From positions 14,818,001 to 14,882,000 of the forward strand of contig OX597839.1 of the NCBI GenBank assembly GCA_951406725.2: a DNA stretch of 64,000 bases. The letters run 5' to 3'. The position numbers and the translations under genes are program-made. Source of the DNA: Octopus vulgaris (lineage: Eukaryota). Positions 37,729 through 49,807 of this stretch are shown piece by piece; within the stretch, counting starts at the first letter, position 1, and each line of letters starts with the position of its first letter. The notes below the pieces were generated by a model. It did not search any database. It worked only from the letters and a program-made list of their open reading frames with translations, and was not told the origin of the DNA.

Positions 37729-38703
37729 CTAGAGGTAGTTGATAGCTTCCGTTATCTAAGTGGCTAAGTCAGTAGCAGAGGTGGATTCTCCAAGAGTGTA
37801 TCTGTGAGAATAAGAATAGGCTGGGCAAAGTTCAGAGAGCTCCTACCTCTGTTGGCAACAAAGGTCCACTCCCTCAGAGTGAAAGGCAGACTGTATGATG
37901 CCTGAGTGCAAACAACTATGCTACACGATGTGAAACATGGGCTGTGACTGCCATGGACATGCATAGGCTTGTAAGAAATGAAGCTAGCCTGCTTCAGTGG
38001 ATGTGCAATGTCAGTGTGCATGTATAACAGAATGTAAGCATCTTGAGAGAAAAGTTGGGCATAAGGAGCATCAGATGTGGTGTGCAAGAGAAATGACTGT
38101 GCCAGTATGGTCATGTGATACATATGGATGAGGACAGCTGTGTAAAGAAGTGCTGATTTCTGTGGAGGGAAACCTGTGGAAGAGGTTGAACCAGGAAGGC
38201 ATGGGACATGGTGAAGCATGATCTTTGAACATTGGGCTTCACAGAGGAAATGACTAGCGATCAAGACCTTTGGTGATATGCCGTGCTTGAGAAGACCCAT
38301 CAAGTCAAGTGAAATCATAGTCATGGCCGATGCCGATGTCACATAACTAGCATCCTTACTGGTGGCACATACAAAGCACCTTTCAAGTGTTGGCCTCACA
38401 GAGGCAACAACAAACGACCAAGACCTTTGGCAATATACTGTGCTTGAGTAGAAGACCCATCAAGCCAAATGAAATTGTAGTCATGGCAGATACTGGTGTC
38501 GCATAACTGGTATTCATACCAGTGACATATAAAAACACCCATTACACTCTAAGAATGGTTGCTGTTAGGTAGGGCATCCAGCCATAGAAACCATGCCAAA
38601 TCAGACTGGAATCTGGTGCAGTCCCTCAGCTTAACAACTCTGGTCAAACTATCCATCCATACCAGCATGGACAATGGACACTAAATAATATTGATGATGA
38701 TGA
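37729..38703 (+). mobile_element. Older 5'-truncated copy of the same RTE family as 2198-3951
   Basis: LEVVDSFRYL, RIRIGWAKFRELLPLLATK, SLRVKGRLYDA and TCGRG; (GAT)n tail at ~38693-38703; ~155-bp tandem duplication at ~38260-38545. Confidence 0.93.
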
Positions 38704-39050
38704 GGCATAGCTGTACAGTTAAAGTTTGCTTCCCAACCATAAGGTTTTGGGTTCAATTCCATCACATGGCACCTTCAGCTGAGTGTATTTGGTAGACAGA
38801 AACTGGAAGAAGCCTATCATATACGTCTAAGGGTGTGTGTTAGTGTTTCCTTGTGTTGACCTCATGAGATAGACATAAACAAGAATCACCATGATGTTTC
38901 TAATCTTCCATGAGAACATGTCTGACCATGGGGAGATATTACCTTACTTGGAAGCAGGTGAGGTGTCAGTGACATCTGGCTACAGAAATCTGCATCAACA
39001 AATTTCAACCAATCCATGTGAGCATGAAAAAGTGCATGTTAAAATGATAT
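38704..39050 (+). mobile_element. SINE family A with RTE-like tail, abutting the RTE tail
   Basis: GGCATAGCTGTACAGTTAAAG..CCCAACCAT..GGGTTCAATTCC..TTTGGTAGACAGAAACTG..CCATGTGAGCATGAAAAAGTG. Confidence 0.75.
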
Positions 39051-40234
39051 TTTCTAAGCTCTTTCAGGTCACAGAATATCTTGTAAGTTGATTGGGTAAA
39101 GTTGTTTTTTTTTTGTTTTATTTTTCTCTTGGTGGGAGCAGTATCTATATATGTTGCATGTAAAGTGACATCCTAACCAACTGAAATATATATCTATAAG
39201 AATTTAAAAATAGAACAGTGCACCAACATTCTCACCAGATGATCAGTTATTTTAACAAGATCTTGATGAAATATTACAGTACATTCTCAAATTACAGACT
39301 GTTGAAAAGGTTTGTTACAGAGTTCTATAAAATATATAAAAATAAAAGCATTTAAAAAATCAGGGAAAATGAATATCCACATCCAACATATAATTTAAAA
39401 AACACTTTATTTGAAGATTCAGAGATAATGGTAGTAAGAATCTAGCCTGTTAAACACTGAGACTATTTCTTAATGTTGTCTTAAAAAGAATGAATAACAT
39501 TTCTTTCAGAAGTAATGAATACTGCATCTAAGACCTAGTGAAATGAATGTGCACAGCAAGGACACAATCTTTTGCAATGTAATGAGAAATGTATCTCATT
39601 AGCACAGTTAGAATAACTTCACAGATAAATGTATAGGTCATCAAATCAAAAGACTCGATCTTGTCACTTGAAATTTCACTCAATCACTGTCACTGAATAC
39701 TGAGTTTTTGGATTAGCTTTTGCTACATTTCTAGCAAATGAGTCACGTTAATTTCCTTTGAAGTTTTTTCTAATTACAACTGAAGTGTATAGGGTAAAAA
39801 GACAGTTTTCTGTCTGGATATGAAGATATTGCAAGTATGAGGTGTGAATTGTCTCAAACAGTCTTTGCATTTCTGACTATAATCATACAAAAGCACATAC
39901 ATATTTTTCAAATTGTGTGTATGTATGTGTGCATGCATGCATGTTTAAGTATACACATGAAATATATTACCTATTTTTTCCCTTTATATATTTTATTTTA
40001 CTGTACAACTTGTTGTGGGTTTAATCAGACAACCTAACTAGGGTGAGACTCTAGTAATGTTAGAGAGGACATGTCTGTGGACCAGAGGGTGGTTGATAGT
40101 AACTTCCTTTTTGTGAATGCAGTCGAGAATAACTGTTGTGTGTGTATAAAAGTGTAACTCTGTAATTCTAGAAAACCTAAGATGAAAGCAACAATTGAAT
40201 TCTACTCTGATATTATATATAAGACAGTACTGTT

Positions 40235-40605
40235 GTTATGCGCACTGATATCCTAGATTGTATCCAAGAAATGGCCACTAGACTGATTGGTAGTAAGTCA
40301 CTACCATCCAACCATTTGGTTTATCATTGTGCTGCATGTTCTCTTGTAGCCTTTTTTACCACTATTATAGTGGCCTATTCTCAGAACTGGCTGATTTCAT
40401 GCCACTTCTACTCAAGTGCTGCTAGCTCATTTGCTTCTCTTTCTTTTGTTATCCATTTTATGTTTTCTTTAGCTCAGGCCTGAACAAAGAGCACTTCCTC
40501 TCCAGAAAGTTGGCTCTCTATAGCTACCTCTCTGCACATTTTTCCTGCAACCATCAACTTATAACTGTTCAATAGAAACATCAACCACATTGACCTTACT
40601 GGTCT
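40235..40605 (+). mobile_element. Decayed CR1/L2-group LINE C-terminal fragment
   Basis: ILDCIQEMATRLIG..L..H....SL..F(YHYY), followed by HIFPATINL.LFNRNINHIDL. Confidence 0.65.
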
Positions 40606-40862
40606 CTGAGAGTTTATGAAAGTCATTGGTACAACTCCTTCCTCTAGATTATAGGATATTGAATTAATGACAGGTATCTTGTGTATATTTGCAGTACAGT
40701 TAAATTCAAAGTACTTCTGTTCACTTGGCAATTGAGAATAAGTGCCAAATCATCTAGGAATGTTATGAGATAGATTAGCATCTTACCAAAAGTTTTGATC
40801 TTACCCAGAGAGATAATTACTGAGCCATTTAAATATATGAAGCTGAAGACTAGCATTGGTCT

Positions 40863-41098
40863 TTAACCCTTTATGACTATACTTCTAACACAATGTTTAA
40901 TAATAAATTTAGAAAATTATTGAGAATCTGTAGCATTTTTTAAAAAATAACTTTTCCATTACTAAGTTGGATTTTAGAACATAATTTTAGAAAAGAAAAA
41001 GTTTGACAAAATTGTAACAAAAAGTTTTAATTTAAATACAAAATATTTCGTTTAAAATCAATAAGTAGCTACTGGTAGGTTAGTATAGAAAGGGTTAA
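40863..41098. mobile_element. piggyBac-type (TTAA) MITE
   Basis: TTAA-CCCTT ... AAGGG-TTAA. Confidence 0.7.
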
Positions 41099-43599
41099 AG
41101 GTACTTTTGCAATTAAACTAGGTGTTTATTTATTTTACTGTTCTTAATAAGGGAGAAATATTTCAACTTAATTTAATCCACTAGAATCTCAATGTTTCAC
41201 TCCAAGACCATCTGATGTATTGAAAGTATTATTGCAGTTATTGATTTTCTTGTTTAAGATCAAAAATCATATTTGTTATTTTGTAAAAGAAATAATGAAC
41301 TGATATATTCTTGTGAGAAAAATATACTGCAAGTTATCTTATAGGCAGTCATGCTCACAATTAAAATGATAAAAGGAAGAAAGAAAAATATATATTTGTT
41401 TTCCCACAATATAAGTTCATATCTTAAATATAAAAAAAGCAATAGCAGAAGTAAGGCAAAGATGTATTACTCCAGTTTGTTTTTGCTATTGTACAGTACC
41501 TTGGGTAAGTGTTTTCTACCATAATCTTGGGTTATCCAATACCTTGTGAAGAATTTGGTAAACAGAAACAGCTGAAGCTAGTTGTGTGAACCTTTTGATA
41601 ATGTATAATATTCATGATAAATTGGTGCTTTTGAACAAACGTTGTGTGTGAAATTTGCTCTGCTCAACAAGCACAGAAATTTTTTCATTATTTTTGCTAT
41701 TGTAAATTCTGTAACCCAGTGGTTAGCCCATTGGAAACCTATAACCACCAACACTTATCTATGGAATGTTATATAAAATAAGCTTTCATTCTGTGACTTT
41801 ATTTCATATAATTTTAAGGTTAGTCATTTGAAGAACCTATTTTGTATAGCATGTGACATTAAGGCATTCAAATGATGTCACTAGAAAGTTTATATATTTA
41901 GTTTTGTTTTTGAAAATGGCTAGGTATAAAGGTATGGAACTGAAATTAGTTTTGGATTTCAGGTGTAAGGAATAGGTACCTGGCATTTTTGTTGGGGAAA
42001 ATAACCTAAAGTATCTTATCAATGGGGAAATTTGCAACACATCTGATTAATACTGCAAAGGAAAATAAAAATTCAGTTAAACACTGAACCTTATGCTTCC
42101 TTAACTTTGTGGAAGTATTTTTCATTTTGTGATTTTTATATAATTCTTCACATAAGATTTGAATATGATTCTCAATTGGGTTAGTTGATAGGACATAGGT
42201 AAGCTTGCCAACACTATGATGCCATGTATTCCATCATGAGCAACATATTAGGGAACATAACTCTCATTGGTTCAGTTCACTTAGTTTTAAAGAGAATTCT
42301 GGAGGATTTAACATTGCAAACAATGTAAGCACTGTAAAATTGATGTGTTTTGTTAGTTTGTGGTCATTTCAAATCCTTGCATGGGTTTAATTTGGAATGA
42401 AATGGACTTCGTCAATTACTGATATTCTAAACAATGATAGTTTTAATTAATGTCTTAGAAAGCCAGTACTTCACATGTGAAATTGTCATATCTCAATTTA
42501 CAATGGATTTATAGTAATGTTTGTAATAGTTTAAACTGATTATAAAGTCAATAAGCCTTTATGCTTATATGAAATCTTACACTATACATTCACTGAGAGT
42601 TAAAATATAATTCTATTCACACATTATGCATTCATGGCTGGCATTCCAGCTGTAAAAACTGTCTGCTTAGGGTGGTTCCAACTGTGATTAGACAGATGCA
42701 TGATGCTAATGTCAACTTAGCAGAATAAACCTCATAATAATGATGGTGAAATGTAGAAGTGTATTCATGATCTTGTGTGGGTTGATAAACATTTGAGAAG
42801 TAATTTTTTATAACTTTTTTTCTACAAAAAATATTTATATTTCTATCTCAGAAACTAACAGAAATCACATATGAATTATATCACAAATATAAGAAAAACC
42901 AGTAACACAAATCTCTTAATGATGCTGTAAAATCTGATTTTTCATTGTTGCCATATACATGTGTGTTTAGTGGGGATGGTTATGCATATAAACACCCCTC
43001 TCCTCTATGTTATGTGTTTGTATGTGTATAAAACATTGTAATATATATTTTATAGCATTGTTCTATATACACTTGTATAAATATATAGATTGATCTTGAA
43101 TAGACACTGAAGAAAACAACTTGGGAGATAGCCATGACAGCTGAGATCAGTTCAAAGTTCTTGTGATTGACTAGAGACCACAGATGGAACTCTTTTGCGG
43201 GCAAAAGCTAATTTGGTCTTTGCTGCTCACCTCAAGCAATGTGGCAAGACACACTCATGACCCTGAGATACTTGCTGCTGAAGTAGAAGGATTCTCAACA
43301 ATACAACTGCTTTGGTTATAATCAAGAGAAAGAAATCGTCTTTGTTGTTTATTTTACCTATTTGGGGGAAATGATGGGATGCTCTTCCTGTTTTTAAGTA
43401 AAGTAGTATTTCCCCTGGCATTTTGAACATAAACAGCACAATGGTCAGATATGCTTGCATGGAAGATTGCAAAGGAACAACACTGCTTGCTTGATGATAT
43501 TTGTTTAGAATAAGCATGCAATGCAAAACAAGGTAACAAAAATACATATGAGTATACACACAAATATATAGATATGTATATGTGTGTGTGGATATCTTT

Positions 43600-43895
43600 T
43601 AACTTTTATCTTTCACTTGTTTGTCATTTGACTGTGGCATGCTGGGGTGCCACCCTTAATGGTTTTTTAGTCAAACACATCAACCCCAGGACTTACGTTT
43701 TTTTGTAGACAAGTACTTATTCTATCAGTCTCGTAGTGACACACACACCAGCACAGGTGGTGGGGGACAAACACAAAGACATACAGGCATAGATATATAC
43801 ATATAAAAATACGACAGGCTTTTTTCAGTTTTTGTCTACCAAATCCACCCATAAGGCTTTGGTTGGGAAGCAAGTTTCTTGCCACACCTGCACCT
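43600..43895 (-). mobile_element. SINE fragments (family C followed by an internally deleted family A copy)
   Basis: CACTTGTTTGTCATT.GAC.GTGGC also occurs at ~58170; ACAGGCTT..CAGTTT..TCTACCAAATCCAC..CCACACCTGCACC. Confidence 0.7.
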
Positions 43896-43896
43896 T

Positions 43897-44066
43897 TATA
43901 TATATATATATATATATATGCATATGTGTGTGTATATATATATGCATATGTGTCTGTATATATATATATATATATGTGTGTATATATATATGCATGTGTG
44001 TGTATATATATATATATATGTGTGGGCACAAAGAAACTATATATATATATATATATATATGCCACA
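43897..44066. repeat. Compound (TA)n/(TG)n microsatellite
   Basis: Direct observation. Confidence 0.95.
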
Positions 44067-44689
44067 TATCTGGTTACTTTTAGGTACCCTCTCCTATTTA
44101 TATATAAGAGAAAGTTATTTATATGTATATATATTTTCCCCTCTAAAAGTGAGTTGAGTGTACTGATTGATGTACCACATATCTCTATGTCTTTCTTTTC
44201 CTGTCATATCCATAAAGTTGTGGTGAAAGAATTAATCACCTTATTTTGAAACCCTATGGATAATACCGTACTAAATTCTAGTGCCTCAACTTGAGTATCT
44301 AATTCATCTGAATCTATATATACCTAATTCATCTGAATCCATATATATATATATATATATATATAAAGGAGAACAACAAGCAGATGTATGAGTTTAACAC
44401 TCAAGAAGACTGGAAAAGTCTTTGCTCTTCAACAAAGAACTGAGAGGAAAGAAAATTTTTAAAAATGAAAAGAAAAAAATGTGTGGGGATATATATTTGT
44501 ACAATGAAATACCTGAAGAACTATAAGTAGTGTCACTGATCAAAATTATTAAGCTAGGTAGTCTTGCTAAGTTGTATCTTTTAGATCAGCGGCCACTTCA
44601 GTAATTAATTTCACATGTAAATTAGTTAATTTTTGGCACTAAGTGCAGAAGATGTGAGAAATAAGGTATGTAATGCAAAAGCAATAATG

Positions 44690-44952
44690 TACAGATGAAA
44701 TGAACATTAAACTGAACTTAAGAGGAGTAAGGTGTAATATGTACAGATGTTAATGATGGATAAAGAAATGTAAGGAGATCCAAGTTGTGGAAGAGGAAGT
44801 TATACACCAAGGATGACATAGGTAGAAATGGTGACAACTGAGCAAGGGTTCTAAACTTCACAAAGGAATGCAACAAATGATTAAGTTGTGGTAGAAGAAA
44901 CCCATCCAATCCATGCAAGCATAGAAAAGTGGATGAAAAATTATGACAATGA
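44690..44952 (+). mobile_element. Decayed RTE 3' end
   Basis: TGTGGAAGAGGAAG (CGRG) and tail CCATCCAATCCATGCAAGCATAGAAAAGTGGATG. Confidence 0.6.
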
Positions 44953-45524
44953 CAAACTCTCAAACATAAAATTTAGGCTCAATAAATTTTTCAAATTTTG
45001 TATCTGTCAGTAGTAACTTCTTTCATGGTCTTTCTATATTCCAAATAAATGTCCAATTTTCTAAATTAGTAAAAATGAAAAAATAAAAAGAAAATTTACT
45101 GAATTGGTCAAGTGATTGTAATTGTAAATGAGGTTATTTTTGAAAGATGGACATATGACAATTGTTTGAAAAATCAGATCTGTATGACGTATAAAGGGTA
45201 TAGAGATCCTTTGATTGTAACATTCCTACAACATTGTTTCATCATGTCTTTCAAAGATAAAAAACTAATATTGCTGCTCCTCATAGGAATGCAGTGGGCA
45301 CTATGGATTTTACGCAGATCTACCCTTAATGTGCAAGTTAAACTAAAAAGATTCATTCAGGATTCTCACATGTACTGTCTTGCTTCAAAATAACCACAAC
45401 CTCTACTACTACCCTATTTTACTGACTCGTGGAATGATGAAAGATAAAATGGACAGTTATCAGATTTCAATTCAGAATGTAAAGAGATGTTGCTAAATAC
45501 CACAACACATTTGATGCTCTAAAA

Positions 45525-45983
45525 CAGTGGTTCTCAACCATTTTTTGCCTATGGACCCCCTTTGATTCCTATTTTACTCAGATGGACACTCATAGCCATT
45601 CAATGTTTAAAAAATCCTATTTTTCTATTTAAATATCATTAGGGATTGTATTAAGATTGTTAAAAATATTTTGTAAGTTGTCGAAGTATAACCAGTTTAT
45701 TGGACCTGAATTTTAACTCTGTGCAGATGGGAAGTGGTATTGACTGCATCGAAACATGGTGTGCATGTCTTGCTCTGTGCAGTATTGTGTTTTCAAATAT
45801 ACCACACTGTGAAGAATCTATAAATACACCGTAAAATTCCTTGTATGAAAAATTATGTAGTTACTGAATGGTCTAATACCAGTACATGGCACAGACTGTC
45901 TACTAAATCCGTATGCAAGGGGTTAACAACAAAATCTTAAGTGGACCACCAAGGGACATATGGACCCTGGTTGAAAAGTACTG
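45525..45983. mobile_element. hAT (Charlie-like) MITE
   Basis: TIRs CAGTGGTTCTCAACC and GGTTGAAAAGTACTG. The 8-bp flanks CTCTAAAA and TTCTGAAA match at 6/8 and resemble NTCTAGAN. Confidence 0.85.
45717..45922. mobile_element. TTAA-flanked MITE nested inside the hAT MITE
   Basis: TTAA (45713-16) then CTCTGTGCAGATGG ... CCGTATGCAAGGGG then TTAA (45923-26); imperfect TIRs. Confidence 0.6.
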
Positions 45984-47878
45984 TTCTGAAATGTCTACCA
46001 ATATCACTCGTTAAATAGATCTCAGTACTTGACCAGCAACCAAAATATATAATTCTTCATAGAGGCCACAGTAATTCTTGCAGTCATAATGTAATATCCA
46101 ACTCATCCTATTTAGTGCATTCCTTTCCAGCTACTTCTGTCATTCAATATGTTCCTATTTTTACAGATATATGGCATCATTCTTCCCTAACAGCATCATA
46201 TAACCTACACTTCATATAGAGAAAGAATCCTTTTATTGCTCATAATGTCAGAGTTCTTTAGTTTTATGTTATAAATTCCACACCCTAGACACTAAGTTAC
46301 TGAATCCATGCCTGGAACTAAATTAGGCTGCTTAAATAACAAAAATCCTCTTTTTCATGAATCATCACAACAGTCCTTTGCTTTTGTGGCATATATATAT
46401 ATATATATATATATAGTTTCTTTGTGCCCACACATATAAATACCTAAGATATTTATATATGCATGTAGACATATGTGTGTGTATATACACACACTCATAC
46501 AAATGTATATACATATAAATGTATAGGTTTTCTTAGATCTCACAATGATGTTTCTACTCATGTATGTGGTATGTGGATAGTATAAATAGCACTTGATATG
46601 TGTTTATATACACTGTGTATATGTTTATATTATATATTTATATACATCTGTCAGTAGCATATGTGGTAGGTGTATCTAAGCATCTCAGTCTGGATGAAAA
46701 CTTCACACATACACACTGATATCTAATCATACATCAGTGTGTGTGTGTGTGTGTGTATATATATAAATTTGGTATGTCTGCATATGTATATATTAGCAGT
46801 ACATTTAGTATTACTTTGAACAGCTCCCCTCCTCCATCACAAGTATTACACACACACACAATGATACTTTTAACTATAAAGTGTTCACATACACACAAAT
46901 ACACATTTACATCGTGTACATATTCTTAGATATGTAAGTAATTGAGGAATAGGAGGATTTCAACCTAAACAGTGAGAGAAGAAATCATCAGATGTAAATA
47001 CAACTAAACAGAAGTGAGTAGTAAATTGCTGTTGTCTTGGGAAGTAGATAACAACAAAATTTGTAACCATACACCTCTTCTTTCCTATTACTGATATAGG
47101 AAGTGTCTACTGACTTTAGAAGAGAGTGGGGGAGGGGGGGAGTACCAATTGGCTAGACAGGAGCTAGTAGTATGTGTTTGTGATTATAACTTAAATATCC
47201 TGGATATTAGAATGCTAACACTGATTAAACTTCTAAAATATCATACATAGGAGAACACAGGTGAAGTTAATTAAAATTAAGCGAAGATTCAGCTTAGGAC
47301 AAACTTAAGTGAGGAAAATTGAGTCAGTATTTGTTTATTTACTTCATTTTTCTTTATTATGAAATACAGATATGACAAAAATTTTCATACATATTAGGCA
47401 GTGAGACATACAAACATATAATAAAATGAAATAGTTCTTCTGTCTTCTCCCACCATGTACAACAAAATAGTATTATCATTCTAGAAGGTACGTTCCGAAG
47501 ATTTTTGGGAAGATAATATGTATACTTTTGTTAATGTTTAAAAATAGGTAAAATAAATAAGCCCTATATGCTTTGGGTTGAAGATTTTATATAGTGAAAT
47601 CATAGACTGCTTATAAAATATTAGCTAAATAACAGTAGCATTGGTCGTTTTTTTTATGTTATACAGAAAACAGAATGATTCACAATACTCTACAATATCC
47701 ATCCTCTTAAAGGAAATAGTTTTGAATGTTTATTCATTCAGTTAATTCATCAGTTTCCCTTTTTTGGAGAAAAATGTTGGGGTTGTTTTACACAAAGCAA
47801 TTGATTACATTTTAATTAAATTTATACATTGTATGTGAATTGTATTTTGTCTTGTCACCTGCAATATTGTATTTGCTG

Positions 47879-48075
47879 AAGGTGGCGAGCTGGCAGAAAT
47901 GTTAGCATGCTGGGCAAAATGCTTAACGGTATTTCGTTCTGAGTTCAAATTCTGCTGAGGTCAACTTTCATCCTTTTGGGGTTGATAAATTAAGTACCAG
48001 TTGCATACTGGGATCGATTTAATCAGTTGGCCCCCTTCCCCGAAATTTTGGGCCTTGTGCCTCGAGTAGAAAAGA
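47879..48075 (+). mobile_element. SINE family B, best-preserved copy
   Basis: GGTGGCGAGCTGGCAGAAATGTTAGCATGCTGGGCAAAATGCTTAACGGTATTTCGTTCTGAGTTCAAATTCTGC (B-box-like GTTCAAATTC). Related copies at 12206, 52045 and 61680. Confidence 0.82.
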
Positions 48076-48977
48076 ATAGTGTATTTACTGGAAATGAGTA
48101 GATAGAAAACCCTTGGAGATGATCAGCAGGAGGAGCAATTGTGAACATGAGCCATTGAGACTAGTTTCTCACTTGTACTTTGGAATGCTATAAAGAGTAG
48201 CCAAATTTCCTTAATATTGAAGAGTTTTTTTTAAAAAAAGGGAAGAAATATATAGTCCTAGATACAATGTCTGAAAAAAAAAATGAAATAACTGCTGGAA
48301 AGTATTGAATTATTGATGGGTCTAATCAATCAGGGATGACAGGGAGCTAAACAACATCACGGTGTCTTGAGGAGGGAGCTATAAAGGATGTTTGTAACAC
48401 TTGCTATAGGAAGGTAAATGCATTAGCTGTTTTTCATGGGTTCATGATTTTTATTGATTAGTTCAAAATGGTTGACATCTCACATTTGCTTATTTCTTTT
48501 CTACTCCTTTCAGAAATTTTTTTTTTTTAAAATTAATATCGCCAGATAGATGACCTAATTTCAATTAATAAACAAACCCTTTTAACTTGAAGTAATTATT
48601 TCCTTATCAGATACCATTGTCTTTAAAGAAACAAAAGACACTGCTAAAATGAGATGGTTATGGTTAAAATTATCACATATCTGATCAATCAGGCTAAGCA
48701 ACATTTTAATACCAATCTGCCTGAGTCTGCATTGGTTCTATGATCAGTAACTTGTCCTAAAGTGTCCATACTAAAATTAAAACTGCCCATTATCATTTTA
48801 AGCTAGGACCTTTTCAGTTTAGTTCTAGACACAGAGTTAATGAAAAATGTTGGGTGTTTTTGTTATACTCCTAAATTGTTGTTTGTTTACAAAACTAATT
48901 GGAACAAATAGGCAAAAATATTTTTTTTAAATCTTAGGGCAAGTGAAACAAAGTAAGGACAATAGGGATTAATAGTT

Positions 48978-49460
48978 TGTAAACGACCGTGTGAATTGAG
49001 GAGACGAGAATGGCTCCTTTGCACATCACACAGTCGATACAACAAATATGAAAAGAATAAATGCTGTGTACGTAGAGAGATGATGTTGATGTTAGGACGA
49101 ATGGTGGCGACAGAAATGGAGGTCTTGAATGCTACTGGACGAAGTTGATGAGTCTCCATGTGGCTGCTGTTGTGTTGTCACTAGAACTGGCTCTGTCCTG
49201 TGTGGTCAGTGGCTAGACCTTAAAAGGTCTGGAACCAAAAGACCTCAACTCGATGTGAAGCTAGAGTTTTATAGGGTGCAGTTGGCTTACTGGAGGTTTA
49301 GAAGAGACTGTCTCACGTAACCTTATCAGAAGGCTGCGATTGGTTGGGTTGCATATTGGCGCACAATAGAGCAAGAGACAAGTTGCATCAATACCAACCA
49401 ATCAAGTAGTGAACACAACAGGGTACAAGAGTGGTCGAAGGCTAGCTGTTATCTACTACA
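48978..49460 (-). mobile_element. Possible solo LTR or young insertion with promoter-like motifs
   Basis: CpG-retaining island with TGTA...TACA ends. The minus strand has CCAAT (49339-43, 49355-59) upstream of TATAAAA (49267-73). No TSD found. Confidence 0.4.
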
Positions 49461-49770
49461 TCCGTATTTATGTATATATAACAGAGAGAGAGAGAGGAAT
49501 TTCCCTTAAGTGTACGCTACAAATTGTTATTTACAAAAATGTGGTATAATTGCAGCTAAATATCCAGTTTTTACTTGCTCAGAGTTGCAAATAAGGATTT
49601 CTTATCTTTGCACAAAACCAATTTGTATTGTAAAGGAGAGACAATCTGATTGAATTGATTTTCGTATACTACTACTTATTTTCTTGGTCCCAAATGATAG
49701 AAGGCACAAATTAATTGAAGCTTGACTCTGAAGCTACAAAGATGAAGGTATTAATAAAAGCTAAATATTG

Positions 49771-49807
<37 letters not shown>

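Noticed and set aside
37764-38399. 211-aa minus-strand ORF
   Set aside because: Antisense to the decayed RTE on the plus strand.
47879-47960. tRNA gene
   Set aside because: Only a B-box-like motif in a multi-copy SINE head; no cloverleaf.
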